A stretch of 63,962 nucleotides of DNA, counting the filler. It is 6 parts of 6 records of this genome, joined end to end, with 100 filler letters (N's around TTAATTAATTAA, not from the genome) between each part and the next. Parts side by side here need not be neighbours in the genome. Positions count along the whole stretch, not along the records: positions 1 to 19,605 come from DRR723986_6234; 5 more parts are not named here. One strand, given 5' to 3'. This document shows, in pieces, positions 1 to 9,670 of the stretch. The notes beneath the pieces were generated by a model, which was not told where the DNA came from, searched no databases, and saw nothing but the letters and a program-made list of their open reading frames with translations. The position numbers and the translations under genes are program-made. Positions within the stretch are counted from its first letter, which is position 1, and every line of letters starts with the position of its first letter.

Positions 1-198
1 CGCGCGGCTGCCAAAGCTGACCTTGTCGTTATCATCCAGCACCACCGCTTCGATGCCTTGCTGGGCCAAATCAATGGCCGCGGCCAACCCCACAGGGCCC
101 GCCCCCACAATAACCACCCGGCGCCGCGCCACGGGCGTGCAGCCCTGATCGGGGCTGCGGGTGTAGGGGTAAAGCGGGGTTTCAAAAATCTTGTTCAT
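1..198 (-). CDS. FAD-dependent aromatic monooxygenase/oxidoreductase, N-terminal part (runs off window start)
   Basis: Hand translation from ATG at 198: MNKIFETPLYPY...VVIVGAGPVGLAAAIDLAQQG...DDNDKVSFGSRA. GxGxxG FAD motif; GGGAGG RBS upstream; follows hmgA-fahA-MBL on the same strand. Confidence 0.8.
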   Translation of the reverse strand, partial: MNKIFETPLYPYTRSPDQGCTPVARRRVVIVGAGPVGLAAAIDLAQQGIEAVVLDDNDKVSFGSRA

Positions 199-264
199 TT
201 CGTGCCTCCCATCACGCCAGCCGGGCGGGTGCCCGGCGGGCTGCTTTGTGGTGGATATGGGCGA

Positions 265-1215
265 TCAGCCCTGCAGAGCGTCCCACATTTCCAGATCGCG
301 TTGCGCAGTCCAAATGCGCGGCGTGTCCAGCCCGCGGGCCTCGTCATAGGCGCGGGCTACGTTGAAGGGCAGGCAATGCTCGTAAATCGCGTAATCGCTG
401 AACTTGGGGTCGCATTCGGCGCGGCAGGCATCCCAGGCCTCTTTCAGGCTGCCGCCACGGGCCGCAACGCGCGCCACGGGGCGGTAGGTAGACGAGACAA
501 AATCGCGGGTATTTTCGATGGCGGCATTCACCATCTCGCGGCCCACCAAAGCATCGCCACGACCCGGCGCAATGGCATCGACATCGAACCATTTGATCGC
601 ATCCAGCGTATCGCCCCAATCGCTGAAATGACCATCGCCACAATAGCAGGCCGAGTGATATTCGACGATATCGCCGGTAAACATGACATTCTGATCTGGC
701 ACATGCACCACCGCATCGCCGGCCGTGTGGGCGCGCCCCAGATGCATGATATCGACCCGGCGCTGCCCCAGGTAGATGGTTGTGCGGTCGCTAAAGGTGG
801 TGGTGGGATAGGTCAGGCCCGGAATGCTTTCATGCCCCTCAAAGAGCCGCGGGAAACGCTGAAATTCGCTGTCCCAGTCTTCTTGGCCGCGTTCCACCAC
901 CATGGCGCGCGCGGCATCAGACATAATGATTTCGCGCGCGCCATAGGCGCTGGCGCCCAGAACCCGCACCGCGTGATAATGGGTCAGCACCAAATGGCTG
1001 ATCGGTTTATCGGTGACTTCGCGCACCTTTTCGATGACCTTATGGGCCAGGCGCGGGGTGGCTTGGGCCTCGACGATCATCACGCTGTCGTCGCCAATGA
1101 TCACACCAGAGTTTGGATCGCCCTCGGCGGTGAAGGCCCAAAGCCCCTCGCCCACCTCGGTGAAGCTGATGTTTTTCTCGCTAAGATCGCCTTGGGATGC
1201 AAAGGCTTTGGCCAT
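265..1215 (-). CDS. MBL-fold metallo-hydrolase (homogentisate cluster-associated)
   Basis: THYHAVR variant of HxHxDH, plus HTAGD, FTGD and PGRG motifs; AAGGA RBS. Confidence 0.85.
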   Translation of the reverse strand: MAKAFASQGDLSEKNISFTEVGEGLWAFTAEGDPNSGVIIGDDSVMIVEAQATPRLAHKVIEKVREVTDKPISHLVLTHYHAVRVLGASAYGAREIIMSDAARAMVVERGQEDWDSEFQRFPRLFEGHESIPGLTYPTTTFSDRTTIYLGQRRVDIMHLGRAHTAGDAVVHVPDQNVMFTGDIVEYHSACYCGDGHFSDWGDTLDAIKWFDVDAIAPGRGDALVGREMVNAAIENTRDFVSSTYRPVARVAARGGSLKEAWDACRAECDPKFSDYAIYEHCLPFNVARAYDEARGLDTPRIWTAQRDLEMWDALQG

Positions 1216-1256
1216 GGTTTTCTTCCTTTAAGTGCTGCGCCTATGGCCGATGGTGG

Positions 1257-1290
1257 GCCTCCGGCGGGAGTATTTTGCGCAAGATGAAGG
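1257..1290. repeat. Possible Rhodobacteraceae dispersed intergenic repeat
   Basis: Reverse complement CCTTCATCTTGCGCAAAATACTCCCGCCGGAGGC resembles, from memory, a small repeat often found after stop codons in roseobacter genomes; only one copy in the window. Confidence 0.3.
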
Positions 1291-1291
1291 C

Positions 1292-2548
1292 TTAGCGCGC
1301 GTAAGGGTTTTCTAGGGCGGGCAAGATTTCGCCGTGGCAGGTGCCAAAGCCTATTGTATAGCCGTCACCACGGGCGGCGCCGCTGAGGGTGAGGCGGTCG
1401 CCATCTTCCAAAAAGCTGCGCGTTGCGCCGCAATCGAGGGTCAGGGGCTCTTTGCCACCCCAGCTGAGTTCAAGCAGGCTGCCGCGCTGGTGGCGTTCGG
1501 GGCCAGATATGGTGCCAGACCCCAGCAAATCGCCCGGCGTCATCGGGCAGCCGCTGGTGGTGTGGTGGGCCAGTTGCTGGGCTGCGGAATAATACATCTC
1601 GCGGTAATTGGTGCGCGCGATGGTGGTGGCGGGCTGGCCTGCGGGTGCCAGTGCGACGCTGAGATCGATATCATAGAGCATGGGGCCTGTATCGCGCAGA
1701 TGCGGCAAGAGCGGCACCTCACGCGGGGGGGGCGCGCAGCGGAACGGGGCCAGCGCCGCGGCGGTTACGATCCATGGGCTGATCGAGGTGGCCGTGGCCT
1801 TGGCCTGAAACGGGCCCAGGGGCTGGTATTCCCAGGCCTGGATATCGCGCGCAGACCAATCATTGAGCAGCACATAGCCAAAGATCATGGCGTCGGCCTC
1901 GTCTACGGTGACGGGGCCATCGCTGGGCTGGCCCACGATGGCACCCATTTCCAGCTCGAGATCGAAACGCGCGCAAGGGGCAAAGCGGGGGGCTGCATCG
2001 TTTGGGCCCTTAAGCTGGCCCCAGGGGCGGCGCACCGGCGTGCCCGACACCACCACCGACGAGGCGCGCCCGTTATAGCCGATGGGAATATGCAGCCAGT
2101 TTGGCGGCAAGGCATTTTCGGGGCCACGAAACATGGTGCCCACGTTTTGGGCATGGTGGCGGCCTGCGTAAAAATCGGTATATTCGGCAACCAAGAGGGG
2201 CATGTGCATTTGTGCATCGGCCTGCGCCACCAACAGCGGTTCCAGATCGGCCTGGGCCGTGCTGCCTGCGGCCAGCATGGCCTGCAATTGTGCGCGCAAA
2301 TCGGCCCATAGGCTGGGGCCTTCTTCCATTACCTCGTTCCAGAAGGGCACATCGAACACTGGCCCGCTGCCCAAGGCCAGCACCCCCGCCTCTTCGGCGG
2401 CGCGCATGTCTAAAATCATATCGCCAATGGCCACACCGCAGCGCGGATCGTCATCGCCCAGCGAAAAGACGCCATAGGGCAGATTGTTCAGCGGAAAGGG
2501 GTGATCGGGCGCATTGGCGCTGGCAACCCAGCTGTGCATTAGGGACAT
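1292..2548 (-). CDS. fahA: Fumarylacetoacetase
   Basis: NNLPYGVFS, YTDFY, PIGYNGRASS, NDWSARDIQAWEYQPLGPF and GDLLGSGTISG motifs; adjacent to hmgA. Confidence 0.96.
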   Translation of the reverse strand: MSLMHSWVASANAPDHPFPLNNLPYGVFSLGDDDPRCGVAIGDMILDMRAAEEAGVLALGSGPVFDVPFWNEVMEEGPSLWADLRAQLQAMLAAGSTAQADLEPLLVAQADAQMHMPLLVAEYTDFYAGRHHAQNVGTMFRGPENALPPNWLHIPIGYNGRASSVVVSGTPVRRPWGQLKGPNDAAPRFAPCARFDLELEMGAIVGQPSDGPVTVDEADAMIFGYVLLNDWSARDIQAWEYQPLGPFQAKATATSISPWIVTAAALAPFRCAPPPREVPLLPHLRDTGPMLYDIDLSVALAPAGQPATTIARTNYREMYYSAAQQLAHHTTSGCPMTPGDLLGSGTISGPERHQRGSLLELSWGGKEPLTLDCGATRSFLEDGDRLTLSGAARGDGYTIGFGTCHGEILPALENPYAR

Positions 2549-2602
2549 TCGCGTTTCCTTTGGTCTGTCATCCCCGGCGCGGAAGGGGCGCCGGGGGCGT
2601 GA

Positions 2603-3958
2603 TTATTTCTTGCCCGGCGTGCCGTCGAACTTTTTCTCAAGATCTGACCAGCAGTCGATGTAGTCATCTTGCAAGGGCGCCTCGTTCGCGGCGAAATCTG
2701 TCAGGTGCTGGGGAAAGCGTGTCTCGAACATGAAAGACATGGTGTTATCCAGCTTTTCTGCCTTTAGATCGGCGTTCGAGGCCCCCTCGAAGGCGTTTTT
2801 ATCGGGGCCGTGGGGCAGCATCATATTGTGCAGGCTCATGCCGCCGGGCACAAAGCCCTTGGGCTTGGCATCATATTGGCCGTAAATATTGCCCATCAAT
2901 TCCGACATGATATTTTTATGATACCATGGCGGGCGAAAGGTGTTTTCGGCCACCATCCAGCGTTCGCGAAACAGCACGAAATCGATATTTGCGGTGCCCG
3001 GCACGCCCGAGGGCGCGGTGAGCACGGTGAAAATCGATGGATCGGGGTGGTCGAACAAAATGGCGCCGACCGGGCAGTAATTGCGCAGGTCGTATTTATA
3101 GGGCGCGTAATTGCCATGCCATGCCACCACATCAAGCGGGCTTTGGCCAATGCTTGTTTGGTGGAACTGCCCGCACCATTTTACTGTGAGGGTCGAGGGG
3201 GTTTCGCGATCTTCAAAGGCGGCAACGGGGGCCTTGAAATCGCGCGGGTTGGCCAGGCAGTTTGCGCCAATCGGCCCGCGGCCGGGCAGTTCGAATTTTT
3301 GGCCGTAGTTTTCGCATACAAACCCACGGCATGGGCCCTCTAGCACCTCGACGCGGTAGACCAGGCCACGGGGGATGATGGCGATCTCTTTTGGCGCCAC
3401 ATCGATAATGCCCAGTTCCGTGGCAAAGCGCAGATGCCCTTCTTGGGGCACGACCAGCAATTCGCTGTCGGCGGAAAAGAAATACGCGTCCACCATGGAT
3501 TGGGTCACCAGATAGACATGGGCCGCCATGCCCACCTGCGTGTTGACATCGCCTGCGGTGGTCATGGTGCGCATGCCGGTCAGCCATGTCAGCGCAGCGC
3601 CGGTATGGGCCACAGGATCCCAGCGGTATTGGCCCAGGCTGATCACATCCGGGTTCACATTGGGGGCCGATTTCCAATAGGGCAGATCGATTTTCTGGTA
3701 GCGCGCCGAATGTTTCACCGAGGGCCTGATGCGATAGGTCCATGTGCGCTCGGGCGGGTTGGCGGTGAAAGCGGTGCCGGAAAGCTGCTCGCCATAGAGG
3801 CCATAATTGCATTTTTGCGGGCTGTTCATGCCCTGTGGCAAGGCGCCTGGCAGGGCCTCGGTTTCGAAATCATTGGCCCAGCCTGGCATATAGCCCGGCG
3901 TTGTGCCAACGGGCGTTGGCGCTTGGCGAAGCGGTTGGGCGTTGCTGTGCTGATTCAT
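2603..3958 (-). CDS. hmgA: Homogentisate 1,2-dioxygenase
   Basis: NSPQ...[43 protein letters not shown] and HGPD motifs; start set at ATG 3958 with GGAGG RBS. Confidence 0.97.
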   Translation of the reverse strand: MNQHSNAQPLRQAPTPVGTTPGYMPGWANDFETEALPGALPQGMNSPQKCNYGLYGEQLSGTAFTANPPERTWTYRIRPSVKHSARYQKIDLPYWKSAPNVNPDVISLGQYRWDPVAHTGAALTWLTGMRTMTTAGDVNTQVGMAAHVYLVTQSMVDAYFFSADSELLVVPQEGHLRFATELGIIDVAPKEIAIIPRGLVYRVEVLEGPCRGFVCENYGQKFELPGRGPIGANCLANPRDFKAPVAAFEDRETPSTLTVKWCGQFHQTSIGQSPLDVVAWHGNYAPYKYDLRNYCPVGAILFDHPDPSIFTVLTAPSGVPGTANIDFVLFRERWMVAENTFRPPWYHKNIMSELMGNIYGQYDAKPKGFVPGGMSLHNMMLPHGPDKNAFEGASNADLKAEKLDNTMSFMFETRFPQHLTDFAANEAPLQDDYIDCWSDLEKKFDGTPGKK

Positions 3959-3990
3959 AACGCATCCTCCAGTGGTTGGCATCGGCGTAA

Positions 3991-4008
3991 TGGTTGATTT
4001 TGTAACTA
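3991..4008. promoter_or_regulatory. Putative MarR-type operator in the hmgA/marR divergent promoter
   Basis: Imperfect AT-rich palindrome TGGTTGA-TTTT-GTAACTA within the 70-bp divergent gap. Confidence 0.55.
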
Positions 4009-4028
4009 ACAACAGCTAGAGCACGCCT

Positions 4029-4469
4029 ATGCAAAAAAAAGACACGTTTGATCTGCATCTATTCCTGCCCTATCTGCTAAATCAGGCCGCCGAAGCCAGC
4101 AGCCTGAAATTTCAGCGTGCCTATAAAGACCGCTACGGCATTTTGCGCACCGAATGGCGGGTGCTGTTTCACCTAGGTATCTATGGCCGCATGAATGCCA
4201 AGGAAATTGGCCTGCGTGCGCGCATCCACAAAACCAAGATCAGCCGCGCGGTGCAAAAGCTGGAACAGCGGCGGTTTTTAACCCGCGACACAGATACCAC
4301 CGATCGCCGCCTGGAATGGCTGGCGCTAACACCACAAGGGCGCGCGGCCTATGATGATTTGCGCGCTTTGGCCCAAAGATACGATAGCGAATTATCTGCA
4401 ACCCTTGGCCCGGGCGAGGCCACAGCGCTGCGCCAAGCGCTGCAAAAATTAGCGGATATGGCCGGGTAA
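4029..4469 (+). CDS. MarR-family transcriptional regulator (likely repressor of the hmg operon)
   Basis: EWRVL...KTKISRAVQKLE...DRR...LTPQG winged-helix pattern; divergent from hmgA. Confidence 0.9.
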   Translation: MQKKDTFDLHLFLPYLLNQAAEASSLKFQRAYKDRYGILRTEWRVLFHLGIYGRMNAKEIGLRARIHKTKISRAVQKLEQRRFLTRDTDTTDRRLEWLALTPQGRAAYDDLRALAQRYDSELSATLGPGEATALRQALQKLADMAG

Positions 4470-4506
4470 TTCTTTACATCTTTGGTGCTTAGGCTCAGAT
4501 GGACGC

Positions 4507-5370
4507 ATGACTGATCAGCTTAAAGGTTTGCTTATCACCACCGCCGGGGCGTTGCTTATCGTTCCCGACTCGCTGTTTGTGCGCCTGATCGATGCCGATG
4601 CCCTAACCATTGCCTTTTGGCGTGCGTTGCTGGTGGGTGGGCTGATCACCTTGGGCGTGCTGGTGCTGCAAGGCGCGCGCCCGTTTCGGGCCTTGATGGA
4701 AACGGGCATTTACGGCCTGCTTTACGTGGTGATCATGGGCGTTTCGACCAATCTGTTCATCATCGCGGTCGATCTGACCAGCGTGGCCAATGTGGTGTTT
4801 ATCATCGCAGCGATGCCGGTTTTTGCATCTATCTATAGCCGTATGTTCCTGGCCGAGCCCATAAGCCGGCGTATGGTGGTAACAATGGCGGCCGTCTTCG
4901 TGGGGCTGGGCATTATCGCCTATGGGTCGGGCAACAATGAAAACACCAGTTATTTGGGCGATTTCGTGGCCCTGATGGTGGCGGCCCTGTTCGCGGCAGC
5001 GCTAACTGTGGCACGCAAGGTGCGCAATGTTTCCATGGTGCCTGGCGTGGGGCTGGCCTATCTGCTGAGCGCGGCTGTTTTGCTGGCCATGACCGACCCC
5101 TTTGCCGTGGCGCCCGACAAATGGCATTTTGTGCCGATGCACAGCGGAATTATCGTGCTTAGCGCCGTCTGCCTGGCCTTGGGGCCACGCTATATTACCT
5201 CGGCCGAGGTGGCGCTGTTGATCTTGCTGGAATCGGTCTTGGCGCCTCTTTTGGTGTGGGCGGTGGTGGGCGAACACCCCGGCCATTACGCGCTGGGCGG
5301 GGGGGCTGTGGTGGTTGGCGCCCTGGCGGTTTCAAACACACTGGCCCTGATGCGGCGCAAACGCGCCTGA
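4507..5370 (+). CDS. DMT/EamA-family transporter
   Basis: 287 aa with about 10 hydrophobic segments; two-repeat EamA pattern (FLAEP, LLESVLAPLLVW). Confidence 0.85.
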   Translation: MTDQLKGLLITTAGALLIVPDSLFVRLIDADALTIAFWRALLVGGLITLGVLVLQGARPFRALMETGIYGLLYVVIMGVSTNLFIIAVDLTSVANVVFIIAAMPVFASIYSRMFLAEPISRRMVVTMAAVFVGLGIIAYGSGNNENTSYLGDFVALMVAALFAAALTVARKVRNVSMVPGVGLAYLLSAAVLLAMTDPFAVAPDKWHFVPMHSGIIVLSAVCLALGPRYITSAEVALLILLESVLAPLLVWAVVGEHPGHYALGGGAVVVGALAVSNTLALMRRKRA

Positions 5371-5384
5371 CCGGGGCGCAGGGC

Positions 5385-6278
5385 CTAGGCCGCTTTGGCC
5401 TGGCGTTCACGCCACAGGGTGAAAAGCCCTGCCATCACGATAATCACCGTGCCAATGGCCACATTGGTGCGGATCACCTCGCCAAAGGCAAACACCCCAA
5501 GGATCGAGGCAAAGACCAGTTGCAGATAGGCAAAGGGCTGCACGGCGCTGGCCTCGGCCACCTCGTAGCATTTGATCAACAACCAATGCCCCAGCGCGCC
5601 GGTCAGGCACAACAGCCCCATCCACAGCCAATCGCCCGGCAGCATGGGCTGCCAAAACCAGATGCCCACCGCCGTCATAGCCACCACACCCACGGTGCCT
5701 GTCCAGAAAAACGAGGTGGCGGCACTATCGCGCCGGGCCACATAGCGCGTGAGCAACCCGTAAAGGGCAAACATCAGGGCCGAGATCAACGGGATGATGG
5801 CGGCGGGTTGGAATACGCCAAAGCCCGGCTCTAGAATAATGATCACCCCCACAAAGCCCACACCAATAGCCGCCCAGCGCCGCCAGCCCACAGCCTCGCC
5901 CAATACCGGGCCCGACAGCGCAGCTATCAACAGCGGGTAGCAGGCAAAAACCGCATGGCTTTCCACCAGGCCCAAAATGGTGAAACCCCAGATCGCGATG
6001 CAGATTTCAGCCACCAGCAAAAGCGCCCGAAAACTTTGCACCAAGGGCTGGCTGGTGGCCGCCGCGGCCCGTAACCCACCGGCCTTGCGCGCGGCCACGG
6101 TCATGACAAACAGCGCAAAAAACCAATAGCGGATCATCACCACCATCAGCACGTTATATTCCGAGGCCAAATGCCGGCTGATGCCATCTTGCAGCGCAAA
6201 CACCAAGGTGGTGGCCACCATCAACAGAATTCCCAGCCGCGAATTTGACGCCTGCTGCACATAGGGGGTTTGCGCCAT
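5385..6278 (-). CDS. DMT/EamA-family transporter
   Basis: LGEAVGWRRWAAIGVGFVGV and AEASAVQPFAYLQL motifs typical of alphaproteobacterial DMTs. Confidence 0.88.
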   Translation of the reverse strand: MAQTPYVQQASNSRLGILLMVATTLVFALQDGISRHLASEYNVLMVVMIRYWFFALFVMTVAARKAGGLRAAAATSQPLVQSFRALLLVAEICIAIWGFTILGLVESHAVFACYPLLIAALSGPVLGEAVGWRRWAAIGVGFVGVIIILEPGFGVFQPAAIIPLISALMFALYGLLTRYVARRDSAATSFFWTGTVGVVAMTAVGIWFWQPMLPGDWLWMGLLCLTGALGHWLLIKCYEVAEASAVQPFAYLQLVFASILGVFAFGEVIRTNVAIGTVIIVMAGLFTLWRERQAKAA

Positions 6279-6287
6279 GATTTGCTT

Positions 6288-6971
6288 TTAGCCTTTTTTT
6301 GCCACGCTCATGTGGCGTTTTCGCCCGTATCCGGGCATGCGCGCTACCGTGAAACCGACATCTGCCAGCCCACGCCGGACAAAACCTGCCGCGGTATAGG
6401 TGGCCAAGCTGCCCCCCGGGGCGGTATGCGCATGCACAGCCGCCAGCAAGGGCAGCTCCCATAGTTCGGGGTTTTTTGCCGGTGAAAACCCATCCAAAAA
6501 CCACGCATCGGCCTGCCCCGCCCATTGCGGCAGGGTTTGGCGTGCATCGCCCAAAATCAGGGAAAAATGCAGATCAGGCAGATCTACCTGCGTGGGTGTT
6601 TCGGCCAGTGCGGCCAGAACCGGTTGCGCCAGATCTTGCAGCTCGGGAAAGGCGGCAAGGGCGCGCGCCATATCGGTCAGCGCCATTGGAAAGGCCTCGA
6701 AACTGGTGAAATAAAGCCGCCCCCCCTGCCCCGATTGGCGCCACAACTGCCACGTGGCCAGCAGGTTTAACCCGGTGCCAAAGCCCAGCTCGGCCACGTG
6801 AAAGCCCGGGCGAAACCGCCCCGGCAACCCGTTGCCCGCCAAAAACGTGTGCCGCGTTTCTGCCAAACCGTTCTCAAGGCTGAAATACGGGTCGTCAAAA
6901 CGCTGCGAAACGGGCACTTGCGCCTCGCGCCATATCAGCTGGGCGGTCAGCTGGGCTGTCTGGTCTTGCAT
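6288..6971 (-). CDS. mnmD: tRNA mnm5s2U34 methyltransferase (MnmC N-terminal domain, MnmD)
   Basis: FDDPYFS, ELGFGTGLN, AWFLDGFSPAKNPELW, ATYTAAGFVRRGL and GYGRKR motifs. Confidence 0.92.
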   Translation of the reverse strand: MQDQTAQLTAQLIWREAQVPVSQRFDDPYFSLENGLAETRHTFLAGNGLPGRFRPGFHVAELGFGTGLNLLATWQLWRQSGQGGRLYFTSFEAFPMALTDMARALAAFPELQDLAQPVLAALAETPTQVDLPDLHFSLILGDARQTLPQWAGQADAWFLDGFSPAKNPELWELPLLAAVHAHTAPGGSLATYTAAGFVRRGLADVGFTVARMPGYGRKRHMSVAKKG

Positions 6972-7018
6972 GGAACTATCCCCTAGAGATGGGGGCACAA
7001 TGACCCGGGGGAAAAACG

Positions 7019-8056
7019 ATGGCAATGGCTGAGATCACAGTGCGCGGGGCCGGTATTTTTGGCCTGTCCATCGCATGGGAATGCCTGCGCCGGGGGGCGC
7101 GTGTGCAGGTGATCGACCCGCACGGGCCAGGCGCCGGGGCCAGCGGTGGGCTGGTGGGCGCCCTGGCCCCCCATGTGCCCGAAAACTGGAACGCCAAGAA
7201 AGCCTTTCAGTTAGACAGCCTGCTGATGGCGGGCCAGTTTTGGGCCAGGGTGGCACAGGCCGGTGGCCAAGATCCGGGCTATGGGCGCACGGGGCGGTAT
7301 CAGCCCATTGCAGATGACGCGGCGCTGGCCCTGGCGCAGGCGCGCGCCACAGGGGCGCAATCGCTGTGGCAAGGCCAGGCCGATTGGCAGATTGTGGCGC
7401 AAAAAACCGCAGGCCCGCTTGCGCCTGAAAGCCCCACTGGCCTGCTGATCTATGACACACTTACCGCGCGGCTGCACCCGCAGGCGGCCTGCCGCGCCTT
7501 GGTGGCAGCCATCACCGCCCGCGGCGGGCAGATCATGGCCCAGGGCCCAGATCGCGGGCTGGTGGTGCATGCCACCGGCGTGGGCGGGCTGCGCGAGATC
7601 AGCGCCGAATGCGGCAAAAACTTTGGCGATGGCGTGAAAGGGCAGGCCGCGCTTTTGGGTATGGCGCAGCCCTTGGCGCCGCAGGTGTTTGCCAATGGCG
7701 TTCATATCGTGCCCCATGCCGATGGCACCACCGCCATCGGCTCGACCAGCGAGCGGGTCTTTGACAGCCCCGACAGCACCGATGCGCAGCTAGACGCGGT
7801 GATTGCCGCGGCCTGCCACGCCCTGCCGGCACTGCGCGGCGCGCCGGTATTGGCCCGTTGGGCCGGGCTGCGCCCCCGCGCCCGCAGCCGCGCCCCGGTG
7901 TTGGGTGCACATCCCACCAAAGAGGGGCAGTTTATTGCCAATGGCGGGTTTAAAATTGGCTTTGGCATGGCGCCGAAAGTGGCACAAACCATGGCGCTGC
8001 TGCTGCTTGAGGGGCAAGACACCATTCCCGATGGGTTTCGTGCCAGCGCCCTATAA
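7019..8056 (+). CDS. FAD-dependent oxidoreductase (DAO family; MnmC C-terminal-like)
   Basis: GAGIFG dinucleotide motif, GASGG, VKGQ, WAGLRPR and GGFKIGFG; head-to-head with mnmD. Confidence 0.8.
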   Translation: MAMAEITVRGAGIFGLSIAWECLRRGARVQVIDPHGPGAGASGGLVGALAPHVPENWNAKKAFQLDSLLMAGQFWARVAQAGGQDPGYGRTGRYQPIADDAALALAQARATGAQSLWQGQADWQIVAQKTAGPLAPESPTGLLIYDTLTARLHPQAACRALVAAITARGGQIMAQGPDRGLVVHATGVGGLREISAECGKNFGDGVKGQAALLGMAQPLAPQVFANGVHIVPHADGTTAIGSTSERVFDSPDSTDAQLDAVIAAACHALPALRGAPVLARWAGLRPRARSRAPVLGAHPTKEGQFIANGGFKIGFGMAPKVAQTMALLLLEGQDTIPDGFRASAL

Positions 8057-9010
8057 CAGCCAAAACAGCGCCACGCTAAGCGTCAGCGCCGATATCAAGG
8101 TGGCCATCACCACCGACAGCGCCGCCAGCCCCTCGCAGCCGCATTCCTGCGCAAACAGCGGATAGACGCTGAACATCGGCATCGCCGCTGATAGCACCAG
8201 CGCCGTGGCCATCATGCCCTGTGGCACAGGCAGGCCAAAGCCCGGCAGCACAATCAGCAGCGCCACCGCCAAGGCCGGGTGCAACAGCAGCTTGGCCAAG
8301 CTGATCTGCAGCGCCGCACCCCGATCGGCCTGCAGCGGATAGCCCGCAATCGCCACCCCGATGGAAATCAGCGCAACGGGCGCGGCGCTGGCGGCCAGCA
8401 GATCTAACACCCTGAAAACAGGGGCAGGCAGCGGCAGTTGCAAGGCCGACAGCGCCAAGCCAACCAACAACCCAATCACCAGGGGGCGGCGCAGCAGCGA
8501 CAGCAGGCTATGGCCCGCCATCCGCAGCACACCCGCGGCCCGCGCATCGGGCTGCGCATCGGACCGCGCCAGCTGGATCAGCACCAAAGCCAGTGGAATT
8601 TGCACCAAGTTTTCAACCAGAAAATTCAGCGCCAAAATCATGCCTGCCGCATCGGGAAACACCATCAGCATCACCGGAAACCCAACAAAGCCCGAGTTGG
8701 CGCAAGATGCCCCCATCGCCGCGGTGGCCGCGCGCGCACGCCCCTGCCCCTGCGCCAAAAAGGCGCCATAGGCCAGCGCCATACTGCCCAAGCCCGCCAA
8801 CAAGAACACCAGCAAATAGCCCGGCTGCACCACATCCGCCAAATCGCGCCGCGCAATCGCCCCGCACAGCAGCGCCGGCAAGGCAAAATTCATCACCAGC
8901 CCCGATAAAACGCGCTGATCCCCGGGGCGAAAAACGCCCGCGCGCAGCCCCAGCCAGCCCAAGCCAATCAGCGTAAATATCGGGGCGATTATGCCGATCA
9001 GCGCGGCCAT
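8051..9010 (-). CDS. AEC-family (auxin efflux carrier/malate permease) transporter
   Basis: FALPALL, NSGFVGFP, KLLLHP and LSAAMP motifs; about 10 TM segments. Confidence 0.85.
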   Translation of the reverse strand: MAALIGIIAPIFTLIGLGWLGLRAGVFRPGDQRVLSGLVMNFALPALLCGAIARRDLADVVQPGYLLVFLLAGLGSMALAYGAFLAQGQGRARAATAAMGASCANSGFVGFPVMLMVFPDAAGMILALNFLVENLVQIPLALVLIQLARSDAQPDARAAGVLRMAGHSLLSLLRRPLVIGLLVGLALSALQLPLPAPVFRVLDLLAASAAPVALISIGVAIAGYPLQADRGAALQISLAKLLLHPALAVALLIVLPGFGLPVPQGMMATALVLSAAMPMFSVYPLFAQECGCEGLAALSVVMATLISALTLSVALFWLL

Positions 9011-9670
9011 CTACAGCCCCCAATCCTGCGGCAGCGGCTGGCCCAATTCTGCCGCCAAAGCGTGCAGATATTGGCGCATCACCGCCAGCCGCGCCCGGGC
9101 CATGCGGCGCCCGGCATCGGTCAGCATGCTCTCGCCCAGGCGCAACAGTTTGGCGGGCCAGTGATCTATGGCAAAGGCGCCATCATCCAGGGGCCGCGAT
9201 TGGGCAAAGGGATCGGCGGCATCATAAAGCGGGCGGGCCAGCGCCCCCGACACCAGGAAAGTGCGCGCAATGCCGATGGCGCCCAGCGCATCCAGCCGAT
9301 CGGCATCTTGCAAAATACGCGCCTCGGGGGTTTGGGGGGCGATACCCGCAGAAAAGCTGTGCGCCTCGATCGCGTGGCAGGCCAGATCTACGCTGGCGGC
9401 GGCCAGCCCCAGACGGGCCATCACCGGCCTGGCCGCTTGCGCCGACAGGCACGAGGCCTGGGCGCGGTTGGGCGCATCTTTGGGCAGGTTCACCAGATCG
9501 TGCAGATAGGCCGCAGCACAAAGGGCTGCGTGATCGATGCCATCAAAGCTGGCCGCAATCGCCTGGGCATTGGCCCAAACCCGGTCAAGATGGGCGATAT
9601 CATGCGCGCTATCGGCCGCCATCTGTGCCTGCGCCTCAGCGCGCAGCTGGGCCTGCAGGCCGTGGCTCAT
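9011..9670 (-). CDS. HD-domain phosphohydrolase (YedJ-like)
   Basis: [24 protein letters not shown] and [14 protein letters not shown]; start overlaps the aroC stop (ATGA). Confidence 0.88.
   Translation of the reverse strand: MSHGLQAQLRAEAQAQMAADSAHDIAHLDRVWANAQAIAASFDGIDHAALCAAAYLHDLVNLPKDAPNRAQASCLSAQAARPVMARLGLAAASVDLACHAIEAHSFSAGIAPQTPEARILQDADRLDALGAIGIARTFLVSGALARPLYDAADPFAQSRPLDDGAFAIDHWPAKLLRLGESMLTDAGRRMARARLAVMRQYLHALAAELGQPLPQDWGL

Noticed and set aside
58-1287. 409-aa plus-strand ORF and similar long antisense ORFs (e.g. 39994-41712, 31075-32406, 54263-55600, 62874-63923)
   Set aside because: They mirror well-supported genes on the opposite strand and have no recognisable motifs; typical of high-GC codon bias.
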